A stretch of DNA of 64,000 nucleotides from Candidatus Parcubacteria bacterium (GCA_003599295.1 QZJK01000001.1:88-64087); one strand, 5' to 3'. Counted from the first letter of the stretch, positions 11,876-21,796 are shown. Made by a program: numbers and translations. Notes: generated by a model from the letters alone, not told the origin.

Positions 11876-11913
11876 ATGCTTGGGGCCGGCCCTATCCCCT
11901 TTTAGGGCTGGTT

Positions 11914-12231
11914 CTACTGACCGTTCTTAAGATCTGCGATGACGTCGTCCACCGAGCGGTCCGGTGCGTAGTTGCCGCGCTCGCTTCCTTCCGGTTCCTC
12001 GATCTTGAGATTCACGCGCGCGTCGTTCTTCATCCCGACGATGCGAAGAACGGTGCGGATGGCTTTCGCCGTCTGGCCGCTCCGGCCGATTATCTTTCCC
12101 ATGTCGTCTTTATTGACGGAGAGTGTAAGAAGAACACCCATCTCGTCGACGGTGCGGTTTATCTTGACGTCGTTCGGATTATCAACGAGCGCTTTTACGA
12201 CGTAGTCCAAAAATTGCTGGTCCTGTTCCAT
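11914..12231 (-). CDS. KH-domain RNA-binding protein (YlqC/UPF0109-like)
   Basis: GKIIGRSGQTAKAIRTVL KH motif; located between rpsP and trmD as in the rpsP-ylqC-rimM-trmD operon. Confidence 0.75.
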   Translation of the reverse strand: MEQDQQFLDYVVKALVDNPNDVKINRTVDEMGVLLTLSVNKDDMGKIIGRSGQTAKAIRTVLRIVGMKNDARVNLKIEEPEGSERGNYAPDRSVDDVIADLKNGQ

Positions 12232-12267
12232 AACGGGAGGCTATTTGTAATTCTATCCAGTATAGCA

Positions 12268-12660
12268 CTACTCCTGCTTCGCTTCTGCAACCTCGGGGGA
12301 TGCAGGTGTTTCTGCGGGTACTTCGGCTGGTGCCTCCGCGGGAACCGCGGCAGGAGCGCTGCTTTCGGGTGCGGCCTCGGCTTTCGGAGGAGATTTACGA
12401 GGAAGGACGTTGACCTTCTTGCCCTGAACGATGCTCGCCGAGACGAGCATATTGTGCATGGTGCCGGATGCCTTCGCTCCGACGGAGAGCCAGTACTTGA
12501 TGCGTTCCGTGTTCAAAATGCGCTCTTTCGTCTTCGGATTGTAGGAGCCGAGTTTCTCAAGAAAATTGCCCGCCTTCGGAGAACGCGTGTGTTCGGTAAC
12601 GACAATGCGGTACGTGGGCATGTTTATGCGCCCTGTCCTTTGCATTCGTATTTTCAACAT
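12268..12660 (-). CDS. rpsP: 30S ribosomal protein S16 with Ala/Pro/Glu-rich C-terminal extension
   Basis: MLKIRMQRTGRINMPTYRIVV... is the S16 N-terminal signature; low-complexity tail PAEAPAEVPAETPASPE. Confidence 0.9.
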   Translation of the reverse strand: MLKIRMQRTGRINMPTYRIVVTEHTRSPKAGNFLEKLGSYNPKTKERILNTERIKYWLSVGAKASGTMHNMLVSASIVQGKKVNVLPRKSPPKAEAAPESSAPAAVPAEAPAEVPAETPASPEVAEAKQE

Positions 12661-12702
12661 AACCGCGCCAATGTACCAGAAAATCAGGAAACTTCAAGCC
12701 GA

Positions 12703-14916
12703 TTACTTTGCTACCCTCTCGGCCTCCTCCAATTTCACCGAGAGTAGTTTCGACACGCCGTCCGAGCCCATTGTGACGCCGTAGAGCTCGCCCGCGGCGG
12801 CCATGGTCGCGCGGTTGTGCGAGATAACAATGAGCTGAGACTTTGCGCCGAGCTCCACTATCATATCGGCATAGCGGCGGCTGTTCGCTTCATCGAGCGC
12901 GGCGTCGGTCTCGTCGAGTATCAAAAACGGCGGCGGATTGACCTGTGTCATGGAGAAAATGAGCGCGATGGACGTGAGCGCCCGCTCGCCGCCGGAAAGC
13001 ACTTCGAGTCCGCGTATCTTTTTGCGCGGAATGGAGACGGATATGGAAAGCCCGGCATAAAGCGTCTCCTCTTCAGGCACCTCATCCTCGCCTTCCTCAT
13101 CTTCGTCTTCACCGGGCATATGAGCCGCTTTTCTGCGGGGTGCTTCGACGATAAGTTTTGCCGTGCCTCCGCCGAACAGTTTCTCGAAGAACGCCTTCAG
13201 CGCCTCGTTTATTTGTTTGAGGCCGTCATGGAAACGTGCATCTATCGTCTTCTCCAATTCGACGATGATGTCTTTGAGTGATGCCGCTGACTTCTCGAGG
13301 TCGTCGAGCTCGCGTGCAAGGAATTCCTCGCGTTCTTTCGTCTGCGTAAACTCCTTGATGACGGCATCGCCATTCCCTATCCCCGATTCCTCTATCTTTA
13401 TCTTGAGTCGTTCGATATCGCGGCGGCGTTTTTCCTGCACGGACCGCTCTTCGGAAAGCGCTCCTTCCGGTATCCCTGCCGATTTCCAATCGCCGATAGG
13501 GATTCCAAGCGCGACGCACTCGCGCACCTCTTCGTCAAACCGCCGCTTTGCTTCAGCGATGTTCGTGCGGGCCATTTGGATGGAAGAGAGCTTCCCCTGC
13601 GCCTCGCGAACGGATGACTCCAATTCGACGAGGTCGCGCTCTGCGGTGAATCCTTGTTCGCGCACTTCGGCTATCTTCTGACGGAAACTTTCGAGTTCCC
13701 CTGCGAGTGATTCTTCCTCTTTTTGGACGCGAGAGAGCGAGTCTGATAGAGATTTTATGCGCTCCTCAACTTCCTTATTCGTGTGCGGCGCGTAGCTCGT
13801 GAGCCCGTCGACGAACGCTTTGATACGACCCCTGACAGATGCAAGTATTTTACGGACCGATGCAATATCGTCTGTACTTTCCGCTTCCGCGATACTTTCT
13901 TCTATTTCACGCGTAAAGGTGCGCACATGAGGCACCGCGACTATCTGCTCCACGGTCACGTTCGTTGTTTGGAGGGCGCCCTCAGCACGGCCCAGTTCGC
14001 GCGCGAGCTCCTCGCTCTTTCGGCGCGCATCCGAGAGCTTTTTCTCGCGCTCGGCTATCGTTGTCTGCAGTTCCGCTATCGCACTGCCCCCCTTTCCGGA
14101 AGACGTGCTTGTTTTCCCGCGAGCGGCTTCAACGCGGCTGGAAAGCGATTTAAGCGCTGCTTCTTCCGCGCGCGCCTCTTCGGCGAGCCGCGCATCCTCC
14201 TGGCTTATCCACGCGTGCTCGCGAGCGAGATAGTCGTTCAATTTCACCGCAAGGTCTTCTTTCAGTTCGCGCGCCTTCTCAAGTTTCTGCACCTGCGAGC
14301 GCAAGAAATTCAGGTGCGGCGCGATCTCCCGGCGAAGCGATTTCGTCTTTTCGATATTCACGCCGGTCTCTTCAAGTTTGCGCTCGCTTTCGGCTTTTTT
14401 GTGTTGGTAGAGTTTGAGGCCGAGCGCGTCTTCCACCATTTCCCGCCGCTCGCGCGGGCTCGCATTCAAGACCCTGTCCGCCTCGCCCTGCGAGATTATC
14501 TGGTATCCCGAGCCGCCGATATTCGCGCCCGCGAGCAAACGTATGACGTCCTTTAAGCGCACCTGTGTCCCGTTCAAGAGGTACTCATTCTGCCCGTCGC
14601 GATAGACGACGCGTTCTATCGTGACCTCCTTAAAGTCAATATCGAGAAGGCGCTTCGAGTTGTCGAAGATTACTTTGACCGCGCCGCGATTCGCACGCGG
14701 CTGTGCGGGCGAGCCGCCCCAAATGAGGTCCTCACCGCGCTTGGAGCGCATGGATTTCATTGATTGCTCGCCAAGTACGAAGCGGAACGCCTCGGCGACG
14801 TTCGATTTTCCCGAGCCGTTGGGCCCTACGATAGCGGCAATGGGGCTTCCGAACCGCAGTTCAGTTTTCTTTCCGAACGACTTGAACCCCGCAAGTTCGA
14901 TGGATTTGAGGTACAT
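12703..14916 (-). CDS. smc: SMC-family chromosome segregation ATPase (short, 737 aa)
   Basis: N-terminus MYLKSIELAGFKSFGKKTELRFGSPIAAIVGPNGSGKSNVAEAFRFVLGEQS (Walker A); C-terminal LSGGERALTSIALIFSMTQVNPPPFLILDETDAALD (signature + Walker B); coiled-coil middle. Confidence 0.8.
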   Translation of the reverse strand: MYLKSIELAGFKSFGKKTELRFGSPIAAIVGPNGSGKSNVAEAFRFVLGEQSMKSMRSKRGEDLIWGGSPAQPRANRGAVKVIFDNSKRLLDIDFKEVTIERVVYRDGQNEYLLNGTQVRLKDVIRLLAGANIGGSGYQIISQGEADRVLNASPRERREMVEDALGLKLYQHKKAESERKLEETGVNIEKTKSLRREIAPHLNFLRSQVQKLEKARELKEDLAVKLNDYLAREHAWISQEDARLAEEARAEEAALKSLSSRVEAARGKTSTSSGKGGSAIAELQTTIAEREKKLSDARRKSEELARELGRAEGALQTTNVTVEQIVAVPHVRTFTREIEESIAEAESTDDIASVRKILASVRGRIKAFVDGLTSYAPHTNKEVEERIKSLSDSLSRVQKEEESLAGELESFRQKIAEVREQGFTAERDLVELESSVREAQGKLSSIQMARTNIAEAKRRFDEEVRECVALGIPIGDWKSAGIPEGALSEERSVQEKRRRDIERLKIKIEESGIGNGDAVIKEFTQTKEREEFLARELDDLEKSAASLKDIIVELEKTIDARFHDGLKQINEALKAFFEKLFGGGTAKLIVEAPRRKAAHMPGEDEDEEGEDEVPEEETLYAGLSISVSIPRKKIRGLEVLSGGERALTSIALIFSMTQVNPPPFLILDETDAALDEANSRRYADMIVELGAKSQLIVISHNRATMAAAGELYGVTMGSDGVSKLLSVKLEEAERVAK

Positions 14917-14927
14917 TGACCTTCATT

Positions 14928-15617
14928 TTACCAGCCTTTGGCGACTAATGCCTTTTGCGCTGCGTCCTGTTCGGCTTCCTGTTTCGCGCGGCCTTCGCCG
15001 GTCGCCACCTTCTCCTTGCCGATGTAGGCACCGACGACGAAGCGTTTGTCGTGGTCAGGGCCTGTCTGATCGAGAAGCTTATACGCGGGCGTAATGCCAT
15101 GTTTTTCTTGCGACAACTCCTGGAAACGGCTCTTCGCGTCCTGCCAGAGCCGCTTTGAGACAACGTCGTCGGTCTTGTGGAAGAGCTGTTCGGCGATGAA
15201 TTTCTTTGCGTCTTCGTATCCGGAATCTAGATATATAGCGCCGATGAGAGCTTCGAACGCGTTCGCAAGTATTATTTGCCGCGCCCGTCCCGTGTCGCGC
15301 GCTTCACCGCGCGAGAGGTATAGAAATTCGTTCATGCCGAGTTTTCCTGCGGCATCCGCGATGCTTTGCGTATTTACGAGCGCCGCTCGATAAGCGGTCA
15401 GGTCCCCTTCCGGCTTCTCCGGATATTTCGAGTAGAGAAATTCTGTAACGACAAGCTCGAGAACGGCGTCGCCGAGGAATTCGAGACGCTCGTTGTGCTC
15501 GCGCCCCGCTTCGCGGTTCTCATTCAAATACGAGCGGTGCGTGAACGCCTGCTCGAGGAGCCGTTTTTCTGTGAAAGAGTGTCCGATTCGTTTCTCGAAT
15601 TCTGGAAGTTCGGCCAT
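14928..15617 (-). CDS. rnc: Ribonuclease III
   Basis: ERLEFLGDAVLELVVTEFLY RNase III signature; C-terminal dsRBD. Confidence 0.9.
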   Translation of the reverse strand: MAELPEFEKRIGHSFTEKRLLEQAFTHRSYLNENREAGREHNERLEFLGDAVLELVVTEFLYSKYPEKPEGDLTAYRAALVNTQSIADAAGKLGMNEFLYLSRGEARDTGRARQIILANAFEALIGAIYLDSGYEDAKKFIAEQLFHKTDDVVSKRLWQDAKSRFQELSQEKHGITPAYKLLDQTGPDHDKRFVVGAYIGKEKVATGEGRAKQEAEQDAAQKALVAKGW

Positions 15618-15625
15618 GGCAGAGA

Positions 15626-16537
15626 TTATTTAGAGCCTTTCTGGGCAAGAATATTTATCGCTCTCGTAACGACCGGCAGGATATCGTCGTAGAAATTGAG
15701 GTCGCCGACAGAGGCCAGCGGGAACCATTGTGCGTCATCGAGACCGCCTGCCCTTTTGAGCATAAGGTCGCGGAAATCGCCGCATGCGAGGAAGTATGTC
15801 GCGTGCCGGCGCTTCTTGCCGCCGGATTCACCATCATTGGCGATGTATTCGTTCTCTCCCAGTTTGTCTTCGACGGAAACCTCAAGGCCCACTTCCTCCT
15901 TCACCTTTCTTACGACTCCGTCTTCGTGCGATTCGCCGTCTTGAAGCCGTCCCTTTGAGAGCGTCCAATGGCCGAAAATGTCATGCACAAGCGCGAGGTA
16001 GACTTCCCCGCCGTCCCGCGCGTAGACGACCGCGCCCACCAGCTTCTCGACCGGCATGGGGCCGGAGCGCCCTGCGTCTTTTTTGCGCGGCACACCCTCG
16101 GTCTTTCCCGGCTCCCCGAGCTCGATGTAGACAGCTCCGAGTACGCCGTTCACGAAGCGGCCTGATGAAGCGCTCCCGAATGTTTTCGCGAGCTCGATAG
16201 CTTCGTTTATGGCGACTTTTGCGGGCACTTGCGCGCGGTCCGCATACAATAATTCCGAGAGTCCGAGCCGAAGAATATTTCTGTCTATCGGCGCTATCTT
16301 TTCAAGCGGCCATTCCGGCGCGGCGCGTACGATGACTTCGTCTATCTCTCTCTGCTTTGCGATGGCCGTTTCGAGCAAGCTTTTCATGAACGGCAAGTCA
16401 GAATCGCGCGCGCCGAATTCTTGCGCGTAATCCGAAAGACGCGCCTCCGCCTCCGCGTTGGTCATCTTCCCCTGCGAGGAATCTCTTTCGAACAGTACTT
16501 GGAGGACAACTGAACGGGCGAGATGTCTATTGGCCAT
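15626..16537 (-). CDS. nusB: NusB antitermination factor fused to a C-terminal NUDIX hydrolase domain
   Basis: N-terminus ARSVVLQVLFERD...RFVNGVLGAV is NusB; C-terminal GHWTLSKGRLQDGESHEDGVVRKVKEEVGLEV matches the Nudix box GX5EX7REUXEEXGU; one uninterrupted 303-aa ORF. Confidence 0.8.
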   Translation of the reverse strand: MANRHLARSVVLQVLFERDSSQGKMTNAEAEARLSDYAQEFGARDSDLPFMKSLLETAIAKQREIDEVIVRAAPEWPLEKIAPIDRNILRLGLSELLYADRAQVPAKVAINEAIELAKTFGSASSGRFVNGVLGAVYIELGEPGKTEGVPRKKDAGRSGPMPVEKLVGAVVYARDGGEVYLALVHDIFGHWTLSKGRLQDGESHEDGVVRKVKEEVGLEVSVEDKLGENEYIANDGESGGKKRRHATYFLACGDFRDLMLKRAGGLDDAQWFPLASVGDLNFYDDILPVVTRAINILAQKGSK

Positions 16538-16595
16538 AAGGAACAGTATTCAGCGGAATGTGGGCACAAAGAGCAATGATGAGATCGAGTTTTTA

Positions 16596-16868
16596 TTATG
16601 TAGCGGTGGTTTCTTCTTTTTTAGTATCTGCTTGCTGGCCGGACTCGCGAAGCTCCTTTTGCTTCCGTGTTGCACGCCGAGCATCGCGCTTCGCGCGAGC
16701 GACGACGTCAATGACGATGCGGCCGTTGTACTTTCCGCACTCCGGGCACGCACGGTGAGAGAGACGAAGAGCGCCGCACTCGCATTTCGCGAGGCGGTCG
16801 GCTAGAAGCGCGTGATGGCTCCGCCTCTTGGCGGTCTGGGAACGATTTCGGCGCATTCGTACTACCAT
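16596..16868 (-). CDS. rpmF: 50S ribosomal protein L32 with basic C-terminal extension
   Basis: RRNRSQTAKRRSHHAL...CECGALRLSHRACPECGKYNGR matches L32 including the zinc-ribbon Cys pattern; the start may be the internal Met near 16856. Confidence 0.8.
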   Translation of the reverse strand: MVVRMRRNRSQTAKRRSHHALLADRLAKCECGALRLSHRACPECGKYNGRIVIDVVARAKRDARRATRKQKELRESGQQADTKKEETTAT

Positions 16869-16878
16869 ATGGCCGAGA

Positions 16879-17499
16879 TTATACAGAATTTTGGGCTATT
16901 CGCAATCCTCGGCAAAATGTCGCTCGATGAAGTTCAGAGAGGCCGTCTCGCGCGATGGCGCGCCGGTGCGCGAGCGTTCCGTAGCCTTTATGCTCTTCGA
17001 AACGGTATGCGGCATGCGTTTCTCCGAAATCTTCCATCAATCGGTCGCGCGATACCTTGGCGACGATGGAAGCGAGTGCTATCGCGGGAATAGTTTCGTC
17101 GCCTCGGATGAACGATTGCTGCCGCCAGCGAGATGGAGCCTTGAGCCCTGCATCAAGAAGCACTTCGACGTGCTCCGGTTCGGCGCCAAGAAGCGCGAGT
17201 GCGCTCGCGGTGGCCTCGTGCGCCGCGTTCACGATACCTATATGGTCAATAGTCTTTGCGTCAACGAACGCGCACGCATGGCGAAGGCGTCCATGCGCTG
17301 TGATGTGTTCATACAGAAGGTCGCGCTGTTGTGCGGTAAGCTGTTTTGAATCGCGAAGCCGAGGTGCCCCGCTCCGGGTGACGAGTTTGTAGAGTTCTTG
17401 CCAATCGAAATTCGACGGGAAGAGAACCGCGCCGACCGAGACCGGTCCTGCGAGGGCTCCCCGCCCTGCTTCGTCTATGCCGACGAGCAATCCTGACAC
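16879..17499 (-). CDS. rnhB: Ribonuclease HII
   Basis: LLVGIDEAGRGALAGPVSVGAVLF N-terminal RNase HII motif (DEAGRG). Confidence 0.88.
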   Translation of the reverse strand: MSGLLVGIDEAGRGALAGPVSVGAVLFPSNFDWQELYKLVTRSGAPRLRDSKQLTAQQRDLLYEHITAHGRLRHACAFVDAKTIDHIGIVNAAHEATASALALLGAEPEHVEVLLDAGLKAPSRWRQQSFIRGDETIPAIALASIVAKVSRDRLMEDFGETHAAYRFEEHKGYGTLAHRRAIARDGLSELHRATFCRGLRIAQNSV

Positions 17500-17568
17500 C
17501 TCTCAATAGTATCGCGAGCCGCGGGGAGTGAAGGCACTTATGCACTTCCTCTCCGCGGCTCAAGTGGG

Positions 17569-17778
17569 TCAGGCGCCGTTCCAGCTCGGATCGTCATTGA
17601 GCCGGGTCGGCGGTGTTCCCGTGATTCTTTCCCTCGGCGTCACGCCGGGAGGGAGGTTCTCGGATGGCACCTTGTCCACACCCGGAACCCCCTTGTCGAC
17701 TTCTTCCTGGGTCGGCCGCGGTCTGTACGGCCGGTCTTGCTTTTCCTCAGGACGGTCTCTGTCCATGGTCTTCGACAT
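17569..17778 (-). CDS. Hypothetical small hydrophilic protein (69 aa)
   Basis: ORF in the rnhB-dnaE intergenic region; charged/Pro-rich, no recognisable domain; coding status uncertain. Confidence 0.3.
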   Translation of the reverse strand: MSKTMDRDRPEEKQDRPYRPRPTQEEVDKGVPGVDKVPSENLPPGVTPRERITGTPPTRLNDDPSWNGA

Positions 17779-17802
17779 TTTCCCTCCTCGTTCAAGGTTC
17801 GC

Positions 17803-18018
17803 CTACGTCACAGTGCTTTTCGGCAACGGGAACGTTCCGCTCTTCTTGATGGCTTCGATTTCCTCCATCGTCAGCGGAGGTCTCTCCCTGAGCAACCGCG
17901 CTGTCTCATCGAGCACTGCGCGACGCCCAGGATCTCTGTTCCGCGTCGGAATTTCTTCCTCATCTACGAGCGGTTCACCTCGCCGACCTTTCGGACTACC
18001 GAGTTGCGAACTCATCAA
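17803..18018 (-). CDS. Hypothetical small hydrophilic protein (71 aa)
   Basis: ORF in the rnhB-dnaE intergenic region; helical charged C-terminus (MEEIEAIKKSG); no recognisable domain. Confidence 0.3.
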   Translation of the reverse strand: MMSSQLGSPKGRRGEPLVDEEEIPTRNRDPGRRAVLDETARLLRERPPLTMEEIEAIKKSGTFPLPKSTVT

Positions 18019-18119
18019 AACCTCCCGTGTCGGATTTCGGCCCCGACTTTGCCTACTATCACTATAGCGCCTCTCCGCGGATTTTCTATACTCGATACTT
18101 CATACGCTATACTGTCGAA

Positions 18120-21100
18120 ATGAGTGCGCGTGATTTCGTCCATCTTCATACGCACAGCCACTACTCTCTTCTCGAAGCGCTCCCGAAAATATCCGAACTT
18201 GTCGCGGCCGCCAAAGCGGAAGGGCAAACGGCGCTGGCCTTGACTGACAACGGCAACCTCTACGGCGCCATCGAATTCTATAAAACGGCGAAGAAAAACG
18301 GCATCAAACCGATCGTCGGCGTCGATTTTTTCTTGGCACCCCGTACACGCCATGATAAAGAGCACGCGACAGACGAGCCGAAGGGGCGTCTCGTGCTTCT
18401 GGCGAAGAACGAGACGGGCTATCGGAATTTGATACAGCTCGTTTCGAAATCGCATCTTGAAGGTTTTTACGAACGGCCGCGCGTCGACAGAGAGCTCCTG
18501 GAATTGCATCGGGAAGGCGTCCTCGCCATTCTTCCTTCTCACGCCGGAGAACATGCATACGCACTCCGCCATGGCGATAAGGACCGGGCGGCGCAGACAT
18601 TCGAGTGGTATAAAAAATTGTACGGGGATGATTGCTTCGTTGAAATAACAAGGCATCCGGAAATAGACGGACACGATGCGCGCATGAAAAGCATCGAGGA
18701 AGCCGCACGCGCCGCAACACTGCCGCTCGTCGCCGCGCACGATGTCTACTATTTGAAGCGCGACGATGCGCTCGCGTGCGACCTCGTCAACAAGATACGC
18801 TCGGGCGGCGTTCTCGACCGCGATATCGAGATGGAGCCGCGCGATTTCTCGTTCCTCACGCGCACGCGGATAGGAGAGCTTTTCGAAGACCTCCCCGAGG
18901 CGGTCGAGAACGCCGCCCGCATTGCAAGCATGTGTGAACTCGAACTGGAGCTGGGTGCGTGGGTGTTCCCCGAATTCCCTCTTCCCGCCGGCCATACCGC
19001 AGACGGTGAACTGCGCGCGCTCGCAGAGGCGGGCTTCGGCGAGCGCAACATGCCGAAAACCGAAGTGGCGAAAACGCGAGTTGATTACGAACTTTCCATC
19101 ATTGAGAAAAAGGGCTATGCCTCGTACTTCCTCGTCGTTGCGGATCTGCTTCGCCACGCGCGCGAGGAGAAAATCCTCACGAACACCCGAGGCAGCGCCG
19201 CCGGTTCGCTGGTGTCCTACCTCACAGGCATCACGACAGTGGACCCTCTCGAATACAATCTGCCGTTCGAACGCTTCCTGAATCCTGAACGCCCGTCGCC
19301 GCCCGATATCGACATGGACCTCGCAGACAACCGACGTGACGAACTCATCGAGTACGTGCGGCAAAAGTATGGAAGCGAGAAAGTCGCGCAGATAGGCACG
19401 TTCGGCACCATGATGGCCCGCGCGGCGGTGCGCGATGTCGCGCGAGCGCTCGGGCACTCGTACGGCCTCGGCGACATCATCGCGAAATTGATACCATTCG
19501 GGAAGCAGGGATTCCCCGTTTCCATCGCGAGCTCGCTCGATGAAGTCCCAGAATTGGCGCAGGTGTATAAAAGCGACGCGTCGGCGCGCGAAATCCTAGA
19601 CCTCGCGCAAAAGATAGAAGGCAACGCGCGGCACGTCGGGGTGCACGCTGCAGGAGTCGTCATTTCCCCGACGGCAGTCACGGATTACGTGCCCATCCAA
19701 TTCGACCCGAAGGGCGGAAAAATGATCACGCAATACGATATGCACGCCGTCGAAAGCGCCGGTCTTCTCAAATTCGACTTCCTTGGCCTCACGAACCTTT
19801 CTGTCCTCGCAGACGCCGTCGCGCGCGTCCGCGAACGATTGAATACGGAAGTGGAGCTGGAGCGTTTGCCTCTCGATGACAAGAAGACGTATGAAATGCT
19901 CGCGCGGGGCGAGACGCACGGCGTCTTTCAACTCGCCTCCGGCGGCATGACGAATTACCTGACGGAACTTGAGCCGTCGAGCATACACGACATCAACGCT
20001 ATGGTGGCGCTCTACCGTCCCGGCCCAATGGCTTTCATTCCAGCCTATATCGAGCGCAAAAAGAATCCGAAGCTCGTGAAATATATCGACCCCGCGCTTG
20101 AGCCCATTTTGAAGCACACGTACGGCGTCATAACGTATCAGGACGACGTTCTTGAAATTGCGGTGAAGCTTGCCGGCTATAGCTGGCTCGAAGCCGACAC
20201 GTTCCGAAAAGCAATGGGTAAAAAGATACCCAAAGAAATGGAGGCGCAGAAAGAAAAATTCAAAGCGGGCTGCCTCGCGAATCATGTAAAGCCGGCCGTT
20301 GTACAAAAACTGTGGGAGCAAATAGAGACGTTCGCCGCGTACGGATTCAACAAAAGCCATGCCGCGAGCTACGGAAATCTTGCCTACAAGACGGCGTACA
20401 TGAAGGCGAACTACCCTGTGGACTACATGGCGGCGCTTCTCACTGCGGACGCAGGCGATGTCGACAAGGTCGGTGAGACTATCCGAGAATGCAAGCGCAT
20501 GGATATTGCGATACTTCCGCCGTCCGTGAATGAAAGCAAGGGCACATTCACCGCGCTCGATGACACGACCATCCGATTCGGGCTCTATTCAATCAAGAAC
20601 TTCGGGACGGGTGTCGCGGATTCCATTATTTCGGCCAGGGGAGAAAAGCCGTTCTCCGATATCGCGGATTTTCTTTCGCGCGTGTCGGACAAGAATCTCA
20701 ATAAAAAATCTCTGGAGTCCCTGATACAGTCGGGTGCGCTTGACGAACTTGGCGAGCGCGGAGAACTGCTCGCGAATATAGACCTGCTTCTCGAATACCA
20801 CCGTGAACACGTGAAATCGCCGAATCAGGATTCCCTTTTTGGCGCAACAGCGTTCGCGGGACACGCGGCGATGACATTGAAGAAAGCCGAACCGGCATCA
20901 TTAGAACAGCGCCTCGAATGGGAGAAGGATCTGCTCGGCCTCTACGTATCCGGGCATCCTCTGGATAAGCACAAGGCGAAATTCGCCGACCCAAAGAAAA
21001 GCATCAAGAACGCGAAAGAGCGATTGCGCGGCGTTGAGTGCGTCATTGCGGGATTCATCGAAAGCGCGCGCGTCAATACGACAAAGAACGGCGAGAGGAT

Positions 21101-21275
21101 GAGTTTCTTCAAGATGATGGATTTTTCGGATGCGATAGAAGCCGTCGCATTCCCGCGCGTCTTTAAAGAATTCGAGAGTCTTCTGCGACAAGGCTCGTGC
21201 ATCGCCGTAAAAGGGCGCATTTCCAACCGGAACGGTGAAGCAAACTTCGTCGTCGAGAAAGCGAAAGCACTCTAG
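18120..21275 (+). CDS. dnaE: DNA polymerase III alpha subunit DnaE
   Basis: PHP domain FVHLHTHSHYSLLEALP; polymerase core; C-terminal OB fold. The ORF opens at 18027 but the conserved N-terminus begins at MSARDFVHLH, so start is set near 18120. Confidence 0.95.
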   Translation: MSARDFVHLHTHSHYSLLEALPKISELVAAAKAEGQTALALTDNGNLYGAIEFYKTAKKNGIKPIVGVDFFLAPRTRHDKEHATDEPKGRLVLLAKNETGYRNLIQLVSKSHLEGFYERPRVDRELLELHREGVLAILPSHAGEHAYALRHGDKDRAAQTFEWYKKLYGDDCFVEITRHPEIDGHDARMKSIEEAARAATLPLVAAHDVYYLKRDDALACDLVNKIRSGGVLDRDIEMEPRDFSFLTRTRIGELFEDLPEAVENAARIASMCELELELGAWVFPEFPLPAGHTADGELRALAEAGFGERNMPKTEVAKTRVDYELSIIEKKGYASYFLVVADLLRHAREEKILTNTRGSAAGSLVSYLTGITTVDPLEYNLPFERFLNPERPSPPDIDMDLADNRRDELIEYVRQKYGSEKVAQIGTFGTMMARAAVRDVARALGHSYGLGDIIAKLIPFGKQGFPVSIASSLDEVPELAQVYKSDASAREILDLAQKIEGNARHVGVHAAGVVISPTAVTDYVPIQFDPKGGKMITQYDMHAVESAGLLKFDFLGLTNLSVLADAVARVRERLNTEVELERLPLDDKKTYEMLARGETHGVFQLASGGMTNYLTELEPSSIHDINAMVALYRPGPMAFIPAYIERKKNPKLVKYIDPALEPILKHTYGVITYQDDVLEIAVKLAGYSWLEADTFRKAMGKKIPKEMEAQKEKFKAGCLANHVKPAVVQKLWEQIETFAAYGFNKSHAASYGNLAYKTAYMKANYPVDYMAALLTADAGDVDKVGETIRECKRMDIAILPPSVNESKGTFTALDDTTIRFGLYSIKNFGTGVADSIISARGEKPFSDIADFLSRVSDKNLNKKSLESLIQSGALDELGERGELLANIDLLLEYHREHVKSPNQDSLFGATAFAGHAAMTLKKAEPASLEQRLEWEKDLLGLYVSGHPLDKHKAKFADPKKSIKNAKERLRGVECVIAGFIESARVNTTKNGERMSFFKMMDFSDAIEAVAFPRVFKEFESLLRQGSCIAVKGRISNRNGEANFVVEKAKAL

Positions 21276-21344
21276 GGATTTCGATCGATCTGCGATATAA
21301 AGGGGCCTGACTTCCTTAAGGCCACCCAAACAAAGGGGGAATGC

Positions 21345-21716
21345 ATGCTCATTTCTGAACTCCGTGCTTCGGCGTCGCGGACCGCAAAGATGCTCGAGAT
21401 TCACGCGCGCAAACTGTGGAACGATAGTCTGCAGATTCAGATCGTTGATTTCATCGCGGGACTGAACCGGGCTATTGGCGACAAGGACGACAAAGAGAAG
21501 GAGAAGTTCTTCTTCGCCGCAATCCGGCACGAAAACTTGAAGCCCTATATTTCGAGGGACCCGTCTGCCCGCGATACGTGGAAAATCGTGGAAGACCTCT
21601 GTGAAGAGGTCACGCATATGGGGAACACCTTAACGAGAACACCGGATCGCTACAAGCTCACGATAGCGTTCTGCAAGGCCCTCAAGGAAACCTCTCACCC
21701 CATGCTCCGACGCTGA
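21345..21716 (+). CDS. Hypothetical protein (123 aa)
   Basis: ORF with GGGGG SD-like sequence upstream; no recognisable motifs. Confidence 0.45.
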   Translation: MLISELRASASRTAKMLEIHARKLWNDSLQIQIVDFIAGLNRAIGDKDDKEKEKFFFAAIRHENLKPYISRDPSARDTWKIVEDLCEEVTHMGNTLTRTPDRYKLTIAFCKALKETSHPMLRR

Positions 21717-21796
21717 AAGATGTCCGGGTGATACAACGGCGGCCAAGCGGGCCGCCGTTCCGTTTTTATAAATTGCCCGCACGGGAGAAGAGAGCT

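Noticed and set aside
12703-14916. Alternative call of the 737-aa ABC-type ATPase as RecN
   Set aside because: The N-terminal FKSF...GPNGSGKSN...FVLGEQS and C-terminal LSGGE...LDETDAALD match SMC conventions rather than RecN. The protein is simply a short SMC.
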